Shown: positions 15,829-25,778 of the stretch, one piece after another
Numbering within the stretch: position 1 is the stretch's first letter
Layout of the letters: each line of letters opens with the position of its first letter
Assembly: GCA_039029395.1 (NCBI GenBank)
Contig: JBCCGG010000001.1
Coordinates: 373,761-437,760, forward strand
Reading direction: 5' to 3'
Source: Pseudomonadota bacterium
GTDB taxonomy: Bacteria; Pseudomonadota; Alphaproteobacteria; Kiloniellales; JAKSDN01
Length of the DNA stretch: 64,000 bases
The notes under the pieces: model-generated
Database searches by the model: none
Seen by the model: the letters and a program-made list of their open reading frames with translations, nothing else
What the model was told of the DNA's origin: nothing
Position numbers and translations under genes: made by a program

Positions 15829-16010
15829 TATTCACCCACAAAAAATCACCGTCCCGGACAGTTGGATGTGGGTTGCAGTCCTAGTGACCTACCCGTCGAA
15901 TAGCCGCCCGAGACGGATCTCGAAGCCCCGAAAGACGTTAGCGTCATGTGTCATCCTGTCGCCGAATCTAGCTCACGCGCCCGCGCCTAGAGCACTTCTT
16001 GGTTGCCGAC

Positions 16011-17297
16011 TCACTCGCTCACGCCGTTGGCCGGGTAACCCTCGGGCACCCGCCAAAAGTTAAGGCCGATGTGCTCGAGCGGCCGGCCCGGGTCACCAGG
16101 CTTGAGGCCGTAGCGAACCTTGAGCACCAAGTCGGAGCTGACCGCTGGGTTGTCGCGGAAATAGCTGTGACCATAGCCGGTCGACTCTCCAGTGAAATTG
16201 ACCACCGTGACCCGGGACGAATGGGCCTTCATGCGGTTGATCTCCTCGTCGGTCAGCCGATCGATGGAGAGCGTACCCAGGCGTCCGCGCGGGCTGGCGA
16301 AGAGCAGCTCGGCAATGCCGATCGCCTCGTCATCGGGCGAGGAGTATAGGGTCGCCTGGTCGACCGCCAGCGCCAGGCGCTCGGCGCCGACCCGCTGGCT
16401 GATCACCTGCAGGTCCAGATCCGGGGCGGCAAGGATGAAGTTCTTGATCTTGAAGTGCTCGCGCGGGTCGAGCCCGGCGCCGCGCGCCCAGATCACCAGC
16501 TCGCGAAAGGCCGAGACCGCGACATCGGTGCCCCGGCTGTGGGCGATCAGATGGATGTTCTCGATGCCGGGTTGCTCGGCGATCCATCGGATCAGCTGCT
16601 TCAGGTGATAGACCGTGAACTCGCTGGACTCTCGGTCGTAAGTGTAGCCGAAGACGCCCGGATAACCGGCCGGCCAGGTGTAGACGATGGGTAGCCCCTC
16701 GCGGCCGAAGAAATGCCACAGCTCGCCCAAGGCGAAGGCGGCGTCTTCGAAGGTGTTGTGATAGCCGTGCACGTAGATGTAAGCGTCCTTGCGCGGTGTC
16801 AGCGCCAGGCGCCGGTCGATTTCGGTCTGCAGCAGATCGACTTTCTCCGTGAGTTCCGCGATGACTTCGGGATCCTCGACCACTTCGCCATCGACCACTT
16901 TGTAGGGAATCGGCGTCGGCGGCAGACGCGCGAACTCATCGATCGAGACCAGGTCCAGCTCGAACTCGCCGAATCGGCTGTGGGTACGGCTCGCCTCAAC
17001 CAGCTCTTCCCAGGTCGCTTCCCCGCCAAGGTTGACCACGGTGGTGCCAACCGCGACCGAGTTGGAGCGGCGAAAGCCATAGTAAAGATTGCCGTTCTCG
17101 TCGGTCTCCGGCGCCCGGTCGGTAACGTAAATCAGTTCGACCAGGGGGCTGGTGTATTCCTCGGGCAGGTCGACGAAGAGCGCAGTCTCCTGGTCGGTGT
17201 AGAGGTTCGGCGTCGGCATCAGGGGCCGGGACTCGGCGCAGCCCGCGAGCACCAAGGCCGAGGCAAGAACGACACCGTGGATCCGGGGAGACATCAT
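16011..17297 (-). CDS. Lipoprotein, alpha/beta-hydrolase of the DUF900 type
   Basis: 428 aa. The signal peptide and lipobox are GVVLASALVLAGC. The hydrolase core has HGYHNTFEDA and the nucleophile-elbow-like IHLIAHSRGTDV. Confidence 0.7.
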   Translation of the reverse strand: MMSPRIHGVVLASALVLAGCAESRPLMPTPNLYTDQETALFVDLPEEYTSPLVELIYVTDRAPETDENGNLYYGFRRSNSVAVGTTVVNLGGEATWEELVEASRTHSRFGEFELDLVSIDEFARLPPTPIPYKVVDGEVVEDPEVIAELTEKVDLLQTEIDRRLALTPRKDAYIYVHGYHNTFEDAAFALGELWHFFGREGLPIVYTWPAGYPGVFGYTYDRESSEFTVYHLKQLIRWIAEQPGIENIHLIAHSRGTDVAVSAFRELVIWARGAGLDPREHFKIKNFILAAPDLDLQVISQRVGAERLALAVDQATLYSSPDDEAIGIAELLFASPRGRLGTLSIDRLTDEEINRMKAHSSRVTVVNFTGESTGYGHSYFRDNPAVSSDLVLKVRYGLKPGDPGRPLEHIGLNFWRVPEGYPANGVSE

Positions 17298-17431
17298 GGG
17301 GGCCCTTTCAAGAAAGCTTGTTTTACTTCAATTATCCCAGTGTTCCGCAGTTGGGCGAGAAGTCAAGCGTGCAAAACCCGGCCAGGTCGACTTGCGACAG
17401 GCCTTGGGCTAGCCTTCTCGAGGAAAGCGTC

Positions 17432-18541
17432 ATGAACACTCGGCCGCAGCACGGCGACGCGCCCCTGAGCGTCACCCATGATCCGGGCAAGCGGGAGATG
17501 CTCGTCCTCGCCGCCTGCGCGCTGATCTCGCTCGCCGTGGCGGCAATCTTCACCTATCGGCTGGTCGCCGTGGAACGAGGGCCGTACGACGATCCCAGCG
17601 GCGAGATCGGTCTGCTGATCGCGTCTTGCATCGGCGTGCTGGTCCTGGGCGGATGGGCCCTGCTGGTCGGCCTGCGGCGCAACAAGACGAAGCGCGTGTA
17701 CCGGGTCGAGGGGGGCGAGGTGGTCTGCGCCGATGGCAAGGGCCCGTTGTGGCGCGAAGCGATCACCGCTTACCGCGCCGCGCGCTGGCACGAGGAGGAA
17801 CGCTCCTACGCCACCAAGTCCGGCCGCCGCTACTATACCGTTCAGGTGCTGACCCTCGACCACGAACAGCCCGAGCGGTGCTTCGAGATCCTTGCTCACC
17901 AGGAGACAGGTCAGATTGAGGCCGCCTGCGCGCGCTGGTCGAAGGGGCTCGGCCTGCCCGTGGTGCGCGCGGAGGCGGGGCAGGAAGTGGAACGCAGCGC
18001 GGAGGAGATTGCCAAGCCGCTTGCCGAGCTGGCTGCCGAGGGGCGCCTTGGGTCACGCTTCGACGAGAGCGCGCCGCTGCCGGCCGGCGTTGCCTGGGGC
18101 CGGGAGGGCGATGGCGTTTGGGTTCGCCTGCGCCCGACCCGCTACTTGTCTTTCGTGCTGGCGCCGATCTTCATCCTTTTGGGGCTCGGACTGGCTTTCG
18201 CCTCCTGGCAAGAGTTTGGCGAGGCCGGCGAGATCCCATTGTTTTTCGTCCAGATCGGTGTGGCATTGATCTTGGCGACCCTGGCATTCCGCCAAGAGGT
18301 AAAGGTGAGCGCGATGGCGGTGGACGCGGAGTACCGGCTCCTCGGCTGGACCTTTCTGCGACGGCGGCTGGCGCCCGACGCGATTGTGCGCATCCGGCGT
18401 ACTAGGTGGCCTATGTGCGATGGCCTTTACCTCGAGGGACAGGGCGCCAAGATCACCCTGGGCCTTCTGGACCGAGAGCCTGCCCAGTGGCTCGAAGGCT
18501 TTCTGCAAAGCGCAATCCTCAAGCAGGCGGCCCGGTCATAA
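17432..18541 (+). CDS. Hypothetical membrane protein with internally duplicated architecture (2 TM + soluble domain, twice)
   Basis: 369 aa from ATG 17432 (the track ORF starts at TTG 17318). The TM pairs are at about residues 25-45/60-85 and 255-275/285-305. Each pair is followed by a beta-rich region of about 100 aa. I tentatively see similarity to bacterial PH (DUF304-type) membrane-flanked domains. Confidence 0.55.
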   Translation: MNTRPQHGDAPLSVTHDPGKREMLVLAACALISLAVAAIFTYRLVAVERGPYDDPSGEIGLLIASCIGVLVLGGWALLVGLRRNKTKRVYRVEGGEVVCADGKGPLWREAITAYRAARWHEEERSYATKSGRRYYTVQVLTLDHEQPERCFEILAHQETGQIEAACARWSKGLGLPVVRAEAGQEVERSAEEIAKPLAELAAEGRLGSRFDESAPLPAGVAWGREGDGVWVRLRPTRYLSFVLAPIFILLGLGLAFASWQEFGEAGEIPLFFVQIGVALILATLAFRQEVKVSAMAVDAEYRLLGWTFLRRRLAPDAIVRIRRTRWPMCDGLYLEGQGAKITLGLLDREPAQWLEGFLQSAILKQAARS

Positions 18542-18584
18542 GTCATTGCCCCGACGCGGGGGCCTTGCGTAGTCTCCGGCCACC

Positions 18585-19733
18585 ATGAGCGCGCCCTTCG
18601 CCTGCCGGCCCGAGGAGACCCGGGGCCGGCTTCACCCAGAGCCCGACAGCCCGACCCGCAGCGCCTTTCAGCGCGACCGGGACCGGATCATCCATTCCAC
18701 CGCGTTCCGGCGCTTGAAGTACAAGACTCAAGTCTTCGTCTACCATGAGGGTGATCACTACAGGACCCGCCTGACCCACTCCCTGGAAGTCGCCCAGATC
18801 GCCCGCTCCATCGCCCGCCAGCTGGGTCTGAACGAGGATTTGGCCGAGGCCCTGGCGTTGGCCCACGATCTCGGCCACACGCCCTTCGGGCACGCCGGCG
18901 AGGAGGCGCTCAATCAGGTCATGGCCGACTACGGCGGCTTCGATCACAACGAGCAGACCTTTCGCATCCTGACCCGGCTGGAGCAGCGCTATGCCGAGTT
19001 CGACGGGCTCAACCTGACTTGGGAGTCCCTGGAAGGCACGGTCAAGCACAACGGGCCGCTTTCCGCGCCGCCCGGATGCACGGTGGCGGAGTACGGCCGG
19101 GAGATCGATCTGGAGCTGGCGAGCTATCCGGGCGCCGAGGCCCAGGTTGCCGCCTTGGCCGATGACATCGCCTATTCCAACCACGACATCGACGACGGCC
19201 TGCGCGCCGGGCTCTTCAACCTGGCTGACTTGGCGCCCCTGCCGCTGGTCGGGCCCCTGGTCGAGGATGTGAGGGGGCGCTACCCGGAGATCGAGCAAGG
19301 CCGCTTGGTGCACGAGACGATCCGCCGTCTGATCACCTCCATGGTCACCGACCTCTTGGCCGAGACCCGTGCGCGCATCGAGCGTCTCGATCCGGCCAGC
19401 GCCCAAGACGTACGGGCCCTGGGCCAGCCGCTGGTTGCCTTTTCCGAGGCGATGCGCCACAACGACCGCGCGCTCAAGCGGTTTCTGTTCGAGCGGATGT
19501 ATCGCCACTATCGGGTCAATCGGATGACCAGCAAGGTGCGGCGCGTGGTGCAGGAGCTCTTCGCCCAGTACCTGGCCGATCCGAGCTGCCTGCCCGATGA
19601 GTGGCGGGCCTCCGCCGACGGCGCCGGGGAGCGCCAGCGCGCGCGCCTGGTGGCCGACTACATCGCCGGCATGACCGATCGCTACGCGCTCGAGGAACAT
19701 CGCCGACTCTTCGACCCATACAGCAAGATTTAG
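18585..19733 (+). CDS. dgt: dGTP triphosphohydrolase-like HD-domain protein
   Basis: 382 aa. It contains RSAFQRDRDRIIHSTAFRRLKYKTQVF, the HD motif LAHDLGHTPFGH, and the C-terminal DYIAGMTDRYA. Confidence 0.9.
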   Translation: MSAPFACRPEETRGRLHPEPDSPTRSAFQRDRDRIIHSTAFRRLKYKTQVFVYHEGDHYRTRLTHSLEVAQIARSIARQLGLNEDLAEALALAHDLGHTPFGHAGEEALNQVMADYGGFDHNEQTFRILTRLEQRYAEFDGLNLTWESLEGTVKHNGPLSAPPGCTVAEYGREIDLELASYPGAEAQVAALADDIAYSNHDIDDGLRAGLFNLADLAPLPLVGPLVEDVRGRYPEIEQGRLVHETIRRLITSMVTDLLAETRARIERLDPASAQDVRALGQPLVAFSEAMRHNDRALKRFLFERMYRHYRVNRMTSKVRRVVQELFAQYLADPSCLPDEWRASADGAGERQRARLVADYIAGMTDRYALEEHRRLFDPYSKI

Positions 19734-21488
19734 ATGAACGTTTTCAAAGAATTCTTGGCCATCGTTCAAGCAGAACTGGAAGCGATGGCAGCGGCCGGCG
19801 AGCTCCCCGAGAGGCTTGACCTCTCGCGCGTTTCGGTAGAACCGCCACGCGAGGCGGCCCACGGCGACCTGGCGACCAACGCCGCCATGGTGCTGGCCAA
19901 GCAAGCAGGCAAGAAACCGCGTGACATCGCCGAGGCCTTGGCCGCCCGCCTGCGGGCGCGCGACGGCGTTGAGGCGGCCGAGGTCGCCGGGCCCGGCTTC
20001 CTCAACCTGCGTCTTTCGCCCGATCTGTGGCACGCCAACCTGGCGGCGATCCTGCGCGCCGGCAAGGACTACGGCCGCTCGGCGCTGGGCGCCGGCAAGC
20101 GGGTCAACGTGGAGTACGTCTCGGCCAACCCGACCGGGCCGCTCACGGTCGGTCACGCCCGGGGCGCCGTGTTCGGCGACGCGCTGGCTGGCCTCTTGGA
20201 GAAGACCGGCTACGAGGTCACCCGGGAGTACTACATCAACGACGCCGGCGGCCAGGTCGACACGCTCGCCCGCTCGGCCTATTTGCGCTACCGGGAGGCG
20301 CTGGGCGAGGACATCGGCGAGATCCCTTCGGGGCTCTATCCGGGCGACTATCTAAAGGACGTGGGCCGGGACCTGGCGGCGCGCGACGGCGAAAAGTGGC
20401 TGGAGCAGCCAGAGGCCACTTGGCTGCCCGAGATCCGCCGCTTCACGATCGATGCCATGATGGACCGGGTGCGCACCGATTTGGCGGCGCTTGGCATCCA
20501 TCAAGAGGTCTTCTCCTCGGAGCGTGCCCTGGTCGAGGCCGGCGGCGTCGAGGCGGTGCTCGAGGTGCTGGAGGCCCGCGGCCTGATCTATACCGGCGTG
20601 CTCGAGCCGCCCAAGGGCAAGAAGCCGGAGGACTGGGAGCCCCGGCCGCAGACCCTCTTCAAGGCGACCGACTTTGGCGACGACGTGGACCGGCCGATCA
20701 AGAAGTCCGACGGCAGCTGGACCTATTTCGCCTCTGACATGGCCTATCACTTGGACAAATTCCGGCGCGGCGGCGAGAGCCTGATCGACGTCTGGGGCGC
20801 CGACCACAGCGGTTATGTCAAGCGCATGAAGGCGGCCGTTCAGGCGCTGACCGAGGGCCAAGCGACGCTCGACGTGCGGATCTGCCAGATGGTCAAGCTC
20901 ATGCGCCAGGGCGAGCCGGTCAAGATGTCCAAGCGCTCGGGCGACTTCGTCACCCTGCGCGAGGTGATCGACGAGGTCGGGCGCGATGTGGTGCGCTTCA
21001 TCATGCTGACCCGCAAGAACGACGCGCCGTTGGAGTTCGACCTGGAGAGGGAGGTCGAGATGACCCGGGACAACCCGGTGTTCTACGTCCAGTTCGCCCA
21101 CGCCCGAGCCCGTTCCGTGATGCGTAAGGCGGCCGAGGAGATGCCAGACCTGCCACAAGATCCTGTGGCTCTGGGCGAGGGACCCCTCAATCTCTTGACC
21201 GACTCGGACGAGCTTGGTCTGATTAAGGTGCTGGCTGGCTGGCCGCGACTGCTCGAAGGGGCGGCCGAGGCTTACGAGCCGCACCGGATCGCATTTTACC
21301 TGACCGATGTGGCCGCTGCCTTTCACGGCCTATGGACCAGGGGCAATGAGGATGCCGTGTTGCGGTTTTTGCTGCCCGACCAGCCCGAGTTGACACGGGC
21401 CCGCTTGGCCCTCGTGCAGGGAGTTGCCGGTACCATTGCCTCCGGACTTGAGGTCTTCGGCGTCGAGCCGGTCGAGGAGATGAGATGA
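19734..21488 (+). CDS. argS: Arginine--tRNA ligase
   Basis: 584 aa. It contains [15 protein letters not shown] (HIGH-type) and the VKMSKRSG (KMSKS) motif. It abuts the dgt stop directly. Confidence 0.95.
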   Translation: MNVFKEFLAIVQAELEAMAAAGELPERLDLSRVSVEPPREAAHGDLATNAAMVLAKQAGKKPRDIAEALAARLRARDGVEAAEVAGPGFLNLRLSPDLWHANLAAILRAGKDYGRSALGAGKRVNVEYVSANPTGPLTVGHARGAVFGDALAGLLEKTGYEVTREYYINDAGGQVDTLARSAYLRYREALGEDIGEIPSGLYPGDYLKDVGRDLAARDGEKWLEQPEATWLPEIRRFTIDAMMDRVRTDLAALGIHQEVFSSERALVEAGGVEAVLEVLEARGLIYTGVLEPPKGKKPEDWEPRPQTLFKATDFGDDVDRPIKKSDGSWTYFASDMAYHLDKFRRGGESLIDVWGADHSGYVKRMKAAVQALTEGQATLDVRICQMVKLMRQGEPVKMSKRSGDFVTLREVIDEVGRDVVRFIMLTRKNDAPLEFDLEREVEMTRDNPVFYVQFAHARARSVMRKAAEEMPDLPQDPVALGEGPLNLLTDSDELGLIKVLAGWPRLLEGAAEAYEPHRIAFYLTDVAAAFHGLWTRGNEDAVLRFLLPDQPELTRARLALVQGVAGTIASGLEVFGVEPVEEMR

Positions 21489-22468
21489 CAGCCGCGCGCG
21501 AGCGATCAGACGAGCCGACCCTAGAGCCCGCCGAGCCGGATGATGACGGCTCGGATCTCGAGACCTTGCGGCCAAGCCGTGGGCGCTCGCGCAACTCCGT
21601 GCTGGACACCCAGCGCAGGGTCGCCGAGGCGGCGCGCGAGATCGACGTCTCCCTGAAGCGCACCAATTGGGTCTGGCCGGCGGCTGCCGCGCTGATCCTG
21701 CTGGTGGTCGCCGGCGCGGTCTTCCTCTACGCCTACCGCTGGGGCGTCGGCACGGTGAGCGACGGCGATCTGCCCCTAGTTCAGGCCTCGAGCGAGCCGA
21801 TCAAGACCAAGCCCGAGAGCCCGGGCGGGCTCGAGGTGCCCCATCAGGATGTCATGGTGCTGAACCCGGACGAGAGCGCCACCGTCGAGCGCCTGCTGCC
21901 GCCGCCGGAGATCCCACAGCCGCCGCCGATCGTGCCGGTGCCCGGTGCGAGCGACAGCGCGGCAAACGTGGCCGGCGCCCTGCCGCCGGCCTTAAATGAA
22001 CCGGCCGAGGTGCCGCTCGAAGCCGCGCCCACGCTTCCCGAAACGAGCATCCCAGCGGCACCCGAGGCCAAGCTGCCGGAGGCGCCGACCGCGCCGAGCG
22101 GCGCGGAGAGCGGAAGTGGCGCTTCCTCTGACGTCACCGCGGCCACCCCGCCGACCCCCAAACCGGCCATGACCAGCGAGCCAGGCGCCAGCCAGCTTGC
22201 CGCGATCCCCGAGCCCAAATCGGGCGATCACCTTTTGCAGCTCGGTGCCTTCACCGAGCGCAAAGCGAGCCAAGCCGCTTGGAGCCGCCTGCAGAAGAAG
22301 TATCCCGACCTGCTCGGCACCATGGGCTCGACGGTCCAGGAAGCCGACGTCGGCGGCAAGACCTACTACCGGCTTCAGGCAGGACCCTTTCCGAACCGGG
22401 CGACCGCCCTGGATCTCTGTGCCCAGCTCAAGGCCAGGAAACAGGACTGCCTGGTGGTCAAGCGCTAG
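21485..22468 (+). CDS. SPOR-domain protein (Pro/Ala-rich linker, single TM)
   Basis: 327 aa. One TM ([21 protein letters not shown]), a low-complexity P/A-rich region, and a C-terminal SPOR domain ([17 protein letters not shown]...YYRLQAGPF). Confidence 0.85.
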   Translation: MTAARERSDEPTLEPAEPDDDGSDLETLRPSRGRSRNSVLDTQRRVAEAAREIDVSLKRTNWVWPAAAALILLVVAGAVFLYAYRWGVGTVSDGDLPLVQASSEPIKTKPESPGGLEVPHQDVMVLNPDESATVERLLPPPEIPQPPPIVPVPGASDSAANVAGALPPALNEPAEVPLEAAPTLPETSIPAAPEAKLPEAPTAPSGAESGSGASSDVTAATPPTPKPAMTSEPGASQLAAIPEPKSGDHLLQLGAFTERKASQAAWSRLQKKYPDLLGTMGSTVQEADVGGKTYYRLQAGPFPNRATALDLCAQLKARKQDCLVVKR

Positions 22469-22477
22469 GCACCGGGC

Positions 22478-23488
22478 TTGACCCCGAAAGCCGTCATCTT
22501 TGGCTGCGCGGGACCGGCGCTTTCCGCATGGGAAGCGGACTTCTTCGCCGCCAGCGACCCGCTCGGCTTCATTCTCTTCGCCCGCAACTGCGAGGCACCG
22601 GAGCAGATCCGTGCCTTGACGGCCGCGCTACGCGCCACGGTCGGCCGCAATGCGCCGATTCTGATCGATCAGGAAGGCGGCCGTGTGCAGCGCTTGAAGC
22701 CGCCCCACTGGCGCGCCGCACCGGCGCCCCGCCGCTTTGGCGAGGTCGCGGAGCGCGATCCGTCGCGGGCCCGGGACGCAGCACACCTCAACGCCCGCCT
22801 TTTGGCGGCCGAGCTGCTGGCGATCGGCGTCACTGTCGACTGCTTGCCGCTGCTGGACCTGCGTTTCGCCGAGGCGCACGAGGTGATCGGCGACCGGGCT
22901 TTCGCCGGCGAGCCGGGGCCGGTTGCCGAGCTCGGCCGGGCCTGCTGCGAGGGTCTCTTGGCGGGCGGCGTGTTGCCGGTGATCAAGCATATTCCCGGCC
23001 ATGGCCGTGCCTTGGTCGACAGCCACCACACCCTGCCGCGGGTCGCAACCGAGCGCGCCGAGCTGGAGCGCAGCGACTTCGCGAGCTTCCGGGACCTGGC
23101 GGACATGCCGCTCGCAATGACCGGGCACGTGGTCTACGAGTCGATCGATCCGGACGAGCCGGCGACCACTTCGGCCAAGGTGATCGACGAGGTGATCCGC
23201 GGCTGGATGGGCTTCGACGGCCTGCTCATGAGCGACGATCTCTCCATGGCGGCCCTGGCCGGCGATCTGGGCGAACGGGCCGCGCGCAGCCTGGCGGCGG
23301 GCTGCGACGTGGCGCTCCATTGCAACGGCGATGCCGAGGAGATGGACGCGGTCGCCCGGGCAGTTGGACCCCTGAGCACGGCCGCCGTCCGGCGCTGGCA
23401 ATCCGCCGAGGCGCGGCTCGTGGCGCCCACGGCGATCGACCCGGCGGAGGCGAGCGATCGCCTAGACGCACTGCTTGGGCTAGGCTAG
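22478..23488 (+). CDS. nagZ: Beta-N-acetylhexosaminidase
   Basis: 336 aa. GH3 NagZ motifs are present: ILIDQEGGRVQRL, KHIPGHG, and GLLMSDDLSM. Confidence 0.9.
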   Translation: MTPKAVIFGCAGPALSAWEADFFAASDPLGFILFARNCEAPEQIRALTAALRATVGRNAPILIDQEGGRVQRLKPPHWRAAPAPRRFGEVAERDPSRARDAAHLNARLLAAELLAIGVTVDCLPLLDLRFAEAHEVIGDRAFAGEPGPVAELGRACCEGLLAGGVLPVIKHIPGHGRALVDSHHTLPRVATERAELERSDFASFRDLADMPLAMTGHVVYESIDPDEPATTSAKVIDEVIRGWMGFDGLLMSDDLSMAALAGDLGERAARSLAAGCDVALHCNGDAEEMDAVARAVGPLSTAAVRRWQSAEARLVAPTAIDPAEASDRLDALLGLG

Positions 23489-23493
23489 CGGCC

Positions 23494-24195
23494 ATGGGCG
23501 CCGAGACCCAGGACATGATCTACACCGCCTCGACCTGGATCCTGCCGGTTCTGCTGGCGATCACATTGCACGAGGCGGCCCACGGCTTCGTCGCCTGGCG
23601 CTTGGGCGACGACACCGCCTATCGGGCGGGCCGGGTCACCTTCAATCCCTTGCGCCACGTCGACACCATGGGGACGGTGGTGCTGCCGGCCATGTTGCTT
23701 CTGCTGCGCGCGCCCTTCCTGTTCGGCTGGGCCAAACCGGTGCCGGTCAACTTCGGCCGGCTCGGCCGGCCGCGCCGGGACATGGTGTTGGTGGCCGCCG
23801 CCGGGCCCGCCGCCAACATTTTGATCGCGACCCTGTCGGCGCTTCTTTTCCACGTCTTGGTGATGGTGCCGGAGACCGCGGCCCTGTGGCTCGCCCACAA
23901 CTTCTACAATGCCATACTGATCAATCTAGTGCTGGCGATCTTCAACATGCTGCCCCTGCCGCCCTTGGACGGCGGGCGGGTCGCGGTCGGCCTGCTGCCA
24001 CGTGCGCTCGCCCTGCCGCTTGCCCGACTCGAGCGCTATGGGTTTCTCATACTAATTGGGATCGTTTTCGTCCTGCCGATGCTGAGCCGTCAGGTCGGGC
24101 TCGATCTCAACCTCTTCGACTGGTTGGTGTGGCAGCCGATCGAAGCGGTCCTGCCGGTCTTCCTGTGGCTGGCCGGCCTGCCCAGCGGAGGCTAA
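23494..24195 (+). CDS. Site-2 protease family (M50) membrane metalloprotease
   Basis: This is the 233-aa C-terminal part of track ORF 22279..24195, starting at ATG 23494. It has HEAAHGFVA (HExxH) and NMLPLPPLDGGRV (LDG motif). Confidence 0.8.
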   Translation: MGAETQDMIYTASTWILPVLLAITLHEAAHGFVAWRLGDDTAYRAGRVTFNPLRHVDTMGTVVLPAMLLLLRAPFLFGWAKPVPVNFGRLGRPRRDMVLVAAAGPAANILIATLSALLFHVLVMVPETAALWLAHNFYNAILINLVLAIFNMLPLPPLDGGRVAVGLLPRALALPLARLERYGFLILIGIVFVLPMLSRQVGLDLNLFDWLVWQPIEAVLPVFLWLAGLPSGG

Positions 24196-24197
24196 GC

Positions 24198-24977
24198 GTG
24201 GACGAGACGACCCCCTTCGAAGACGAGCCCGCCGGGCCCCTGGCCGAGGACTTTGTGCTCGACCTGGAAGGCTACGAGGGCCCGATCGACGCCCTGCTGC
24301 AGTTGGCCCGGGATCAAAAGGTCGATCTGACCAAGATCTCGATTCTGACGCTGGCCGACCAATACCTAGAATTCGTCCGCCAGGCCCGGCGCCTGCGTCT
24401 GGAGTTGGCCGCCGACTACCTGGTGATGGCCGCCTGGCTCGCCTATCTGAAATCCCGCCTGCTGCTGCCCGAGCCGGAAGGCGAGGAGGAGCCGAGCGGC
24501 GCCGAGCTGGCCGCCGCCCTGCGCCTGCAGCTGCAGCGCCTTGAAGCCATTCAGAAACTCGGCCAAGACCTTATGGCGCGTCCGCGCTTGGGCCAGGAGG
24601 TCTTTGGCCGGGGCGCGCCGGAGCCGCTCAAGGTGGTCACCTCGACGGTGTTCCAAGTCAGCCTCTACGACCTGCTCAAGGCCTACGGCACAAATCAGGC
24701 CAAGGAGCGGGCGACCAACCTGAGGATCGAGTCGAGCGACCTCTACTCGGTTGAACGGGCGCTCGGCCGATTGACCCGGCTTATCGGCGCTGTGCCGGGC
24801 TGGCACACGCTCGCCAGCTTCCTGCCGGCCGATCTGCGCGGCGGCGTGGTGTGGCGCTCGGCGGTCGCCTCGACCTTTGCCGCCAGCCTGGAGATGTGCC
24901 GGGAAGGCAAACTGAAGATCCGCCAGGAGTCCCCCTTCGGGCCGATTTATTTCAGCGGCCGGGAGCAAGGAGATTAA
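24198..24977 (+). CDS. scpA: Segregation and condensation protein A
   Basis: GTG start at 24198 within track ORF 23886..24977. LDLEGYEGPIDALLQLARDQKVDLTKISILTLADQYLEF is the typical ScpA N-terminus. Confidence 0.85.
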   Translation: MDETTPFEDEPAGPLAEDFVLDLEGYEGPIDALLQLARDQKVDLTKISILTLADQYLEFVRQARRLRLELAADYLVMAAWLAYLKSRLLLPEPEGEEEPSGAELAAALRLQLQRLEAIQKLGQDLMARPRLGQEVFGRGAPEPLKVVTSTVFQVSLYDLLKAYGTNQAKERATNLRIESSDLYSVERALGRLTRLIGAVPGWHTLASFLPADLRGGVVWRSAVASTFAASLEMCREGKLKIRQESPFGPIYFSGREQGD

Positions 24978-24980
24978 GTC

Positions 24981-25697
24981 ATGAGCGATGAATTTGACCA
25001 TCTGCGCCTGCTGGAAGCGATTCTCTTCGCCAGCGCCGAGCCGCTTGGCTCGGCCCAGCTCGGGCGCTTCCTGCCCGAGGGCGCGGACCTGGCGGCCCTC
25101 ATGGAGGAGCTTTCCGGGCTCTACGCCAATCGTGGGGTCATTCTCACCAAGATCGGCGACAAGTGGGCCTTTCGCACGGCGGCCGATTTGGCCGGGCGTC
25201 TGCAGATCGAGAAACAGGTCGAGCGCAAGCTCTCCAAGCCGGCTGTCGATACGCTCGCGATCATCGCCTACCACCAGCCGATCACCCGGGGCGAGATCGA
25301 GGAGATCCGTGGCGTTTCGCTCTCCAAGGGCACGCTCGACACCCTTCTGGAGGTCGGCTGGATCCGGCCCCGGGGGCGTCGGCGCACGCCCGGCCGTCCG
25401 GTCACTTGGGGCACCAGCGAAGCCTTTCTGGATCATTTCGGGCTGGACAGCCTGGACGCTCTACCGGGCCAGGCCGAGCTCAAGGCCGCCGGCCTCTTGG
25501 ACAAGCGCCCGGCCGCCACGGTACTGCGGGTGCGCGGCCTGCTGCTCAAAGACGAGGAGCAAGAGGGGCAAGAAGAGGCCGAGGATCGCCTGGAGGAAAG
25601 CCAGGACGCGGACGATCTGCCGCTCGAGCCCTGGGACCTGCTGGCCGCTGAATTCGGCGAGGACGAGGAGGCTGAACCGACGGCGTCCAAACATTGA
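24981..25697 (+). CDS. scpB: Segregation and condensation protein B
   Basis: 238 aa. It contains LEAILFASAEPL, AIIAYHQPITRGEIEEIRGV, and an acidic C-terminal tail. Confidence 0.9.
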   Translation: MSDEFDHLRLLEAILFASAEPLGSAQLGRFLPEGADLAALMEELSGLYANRGVILTKIGDKWAFRTAADLAGRLQIEKQVERKLSKPAVDTLAIIAYHQPITRGEIEEIRGVSLSKGTLDTLLEVGWIRPRGRRRTPGRPVTWGTSEAFLDHFGLDSLDALPGQAELKAAGLLDKRPAATVLRVRGLLLKDEEQEGQEEAEDRLEESQDADDLPLEPWDLLAAEFGEDEEAEPTASKH

Positions 25698-25703
25698 AAC
25701 GAT

Positions 25704-25734
25704 TTATAAATAGATAGTTGTCGCCTATTTATAA
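25704..25734. promoter_or_regulatory. AT-rich perfect inverted repeat TTATAAATAG-N11-CTATTTATAA
   Basis: 10-bp perfect arms at 25704-25713 and 25725-25734. It lies 7 nt after the scpB stop and 45 nt upstream of a TTGTCA-N17-TTTAAG promoter-like element (25779-25807) for the ABC ATPase gene. Confidence 0.6.
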
Positions 25735-25778
25735 GAATTTACATTAGGTTTGCTGCAGACCTCTGTGCGATTTTGCAA

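Noticed and set aside
15757-15840. Reading the TGATCCATG repeats and TTCACCCACA as DnaA boxes, i.e. a replication origin
   Set aside because: The repeats differ from TTATCCACA-type boxes at the critical 3' positions. There is no dnaA, dnaN, hemE, parAB or other origin-linked gene nearby, and the AT-rich stretch is short. Chance resemblance is more likely.
15608-16063. Two small ORFs (61 and 88 aa) inside the low-GC island
   Set aside because: They have no Shine-Dalgarno sequence, odd Cys/Trp/Arg-rich composition, and no recognisable motif. The second runs into the 3' end of the DUF900 gene on the opposite strand. I treat the island as non-coding until shown otherwise.
18543-20156. 537-aa minus-strand ORF antisense to dgt and argS
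   Set aside because: Same reasoning as above. Composition is typical of antisense frames in high-GC DNA, and the sense frames carry clear HD-domain and ArgRS motifs. The long ORFs at 5752..6783, 2802..3794, 25901..26878, 29614..30672 and 44660..45616 were rejected on the same grounds.
22279-23493. N-terminal 405 codons of the 638-aa track ORF 22279..24195
   Set aside because: This part is out of frame with, and overlaps, the SPOR gene end and the nagZ gene, and it is Arg/Gly/Pro-rich. Only the C-terminal 233 aa (from ATG 23494) form a coherent M50 protease.
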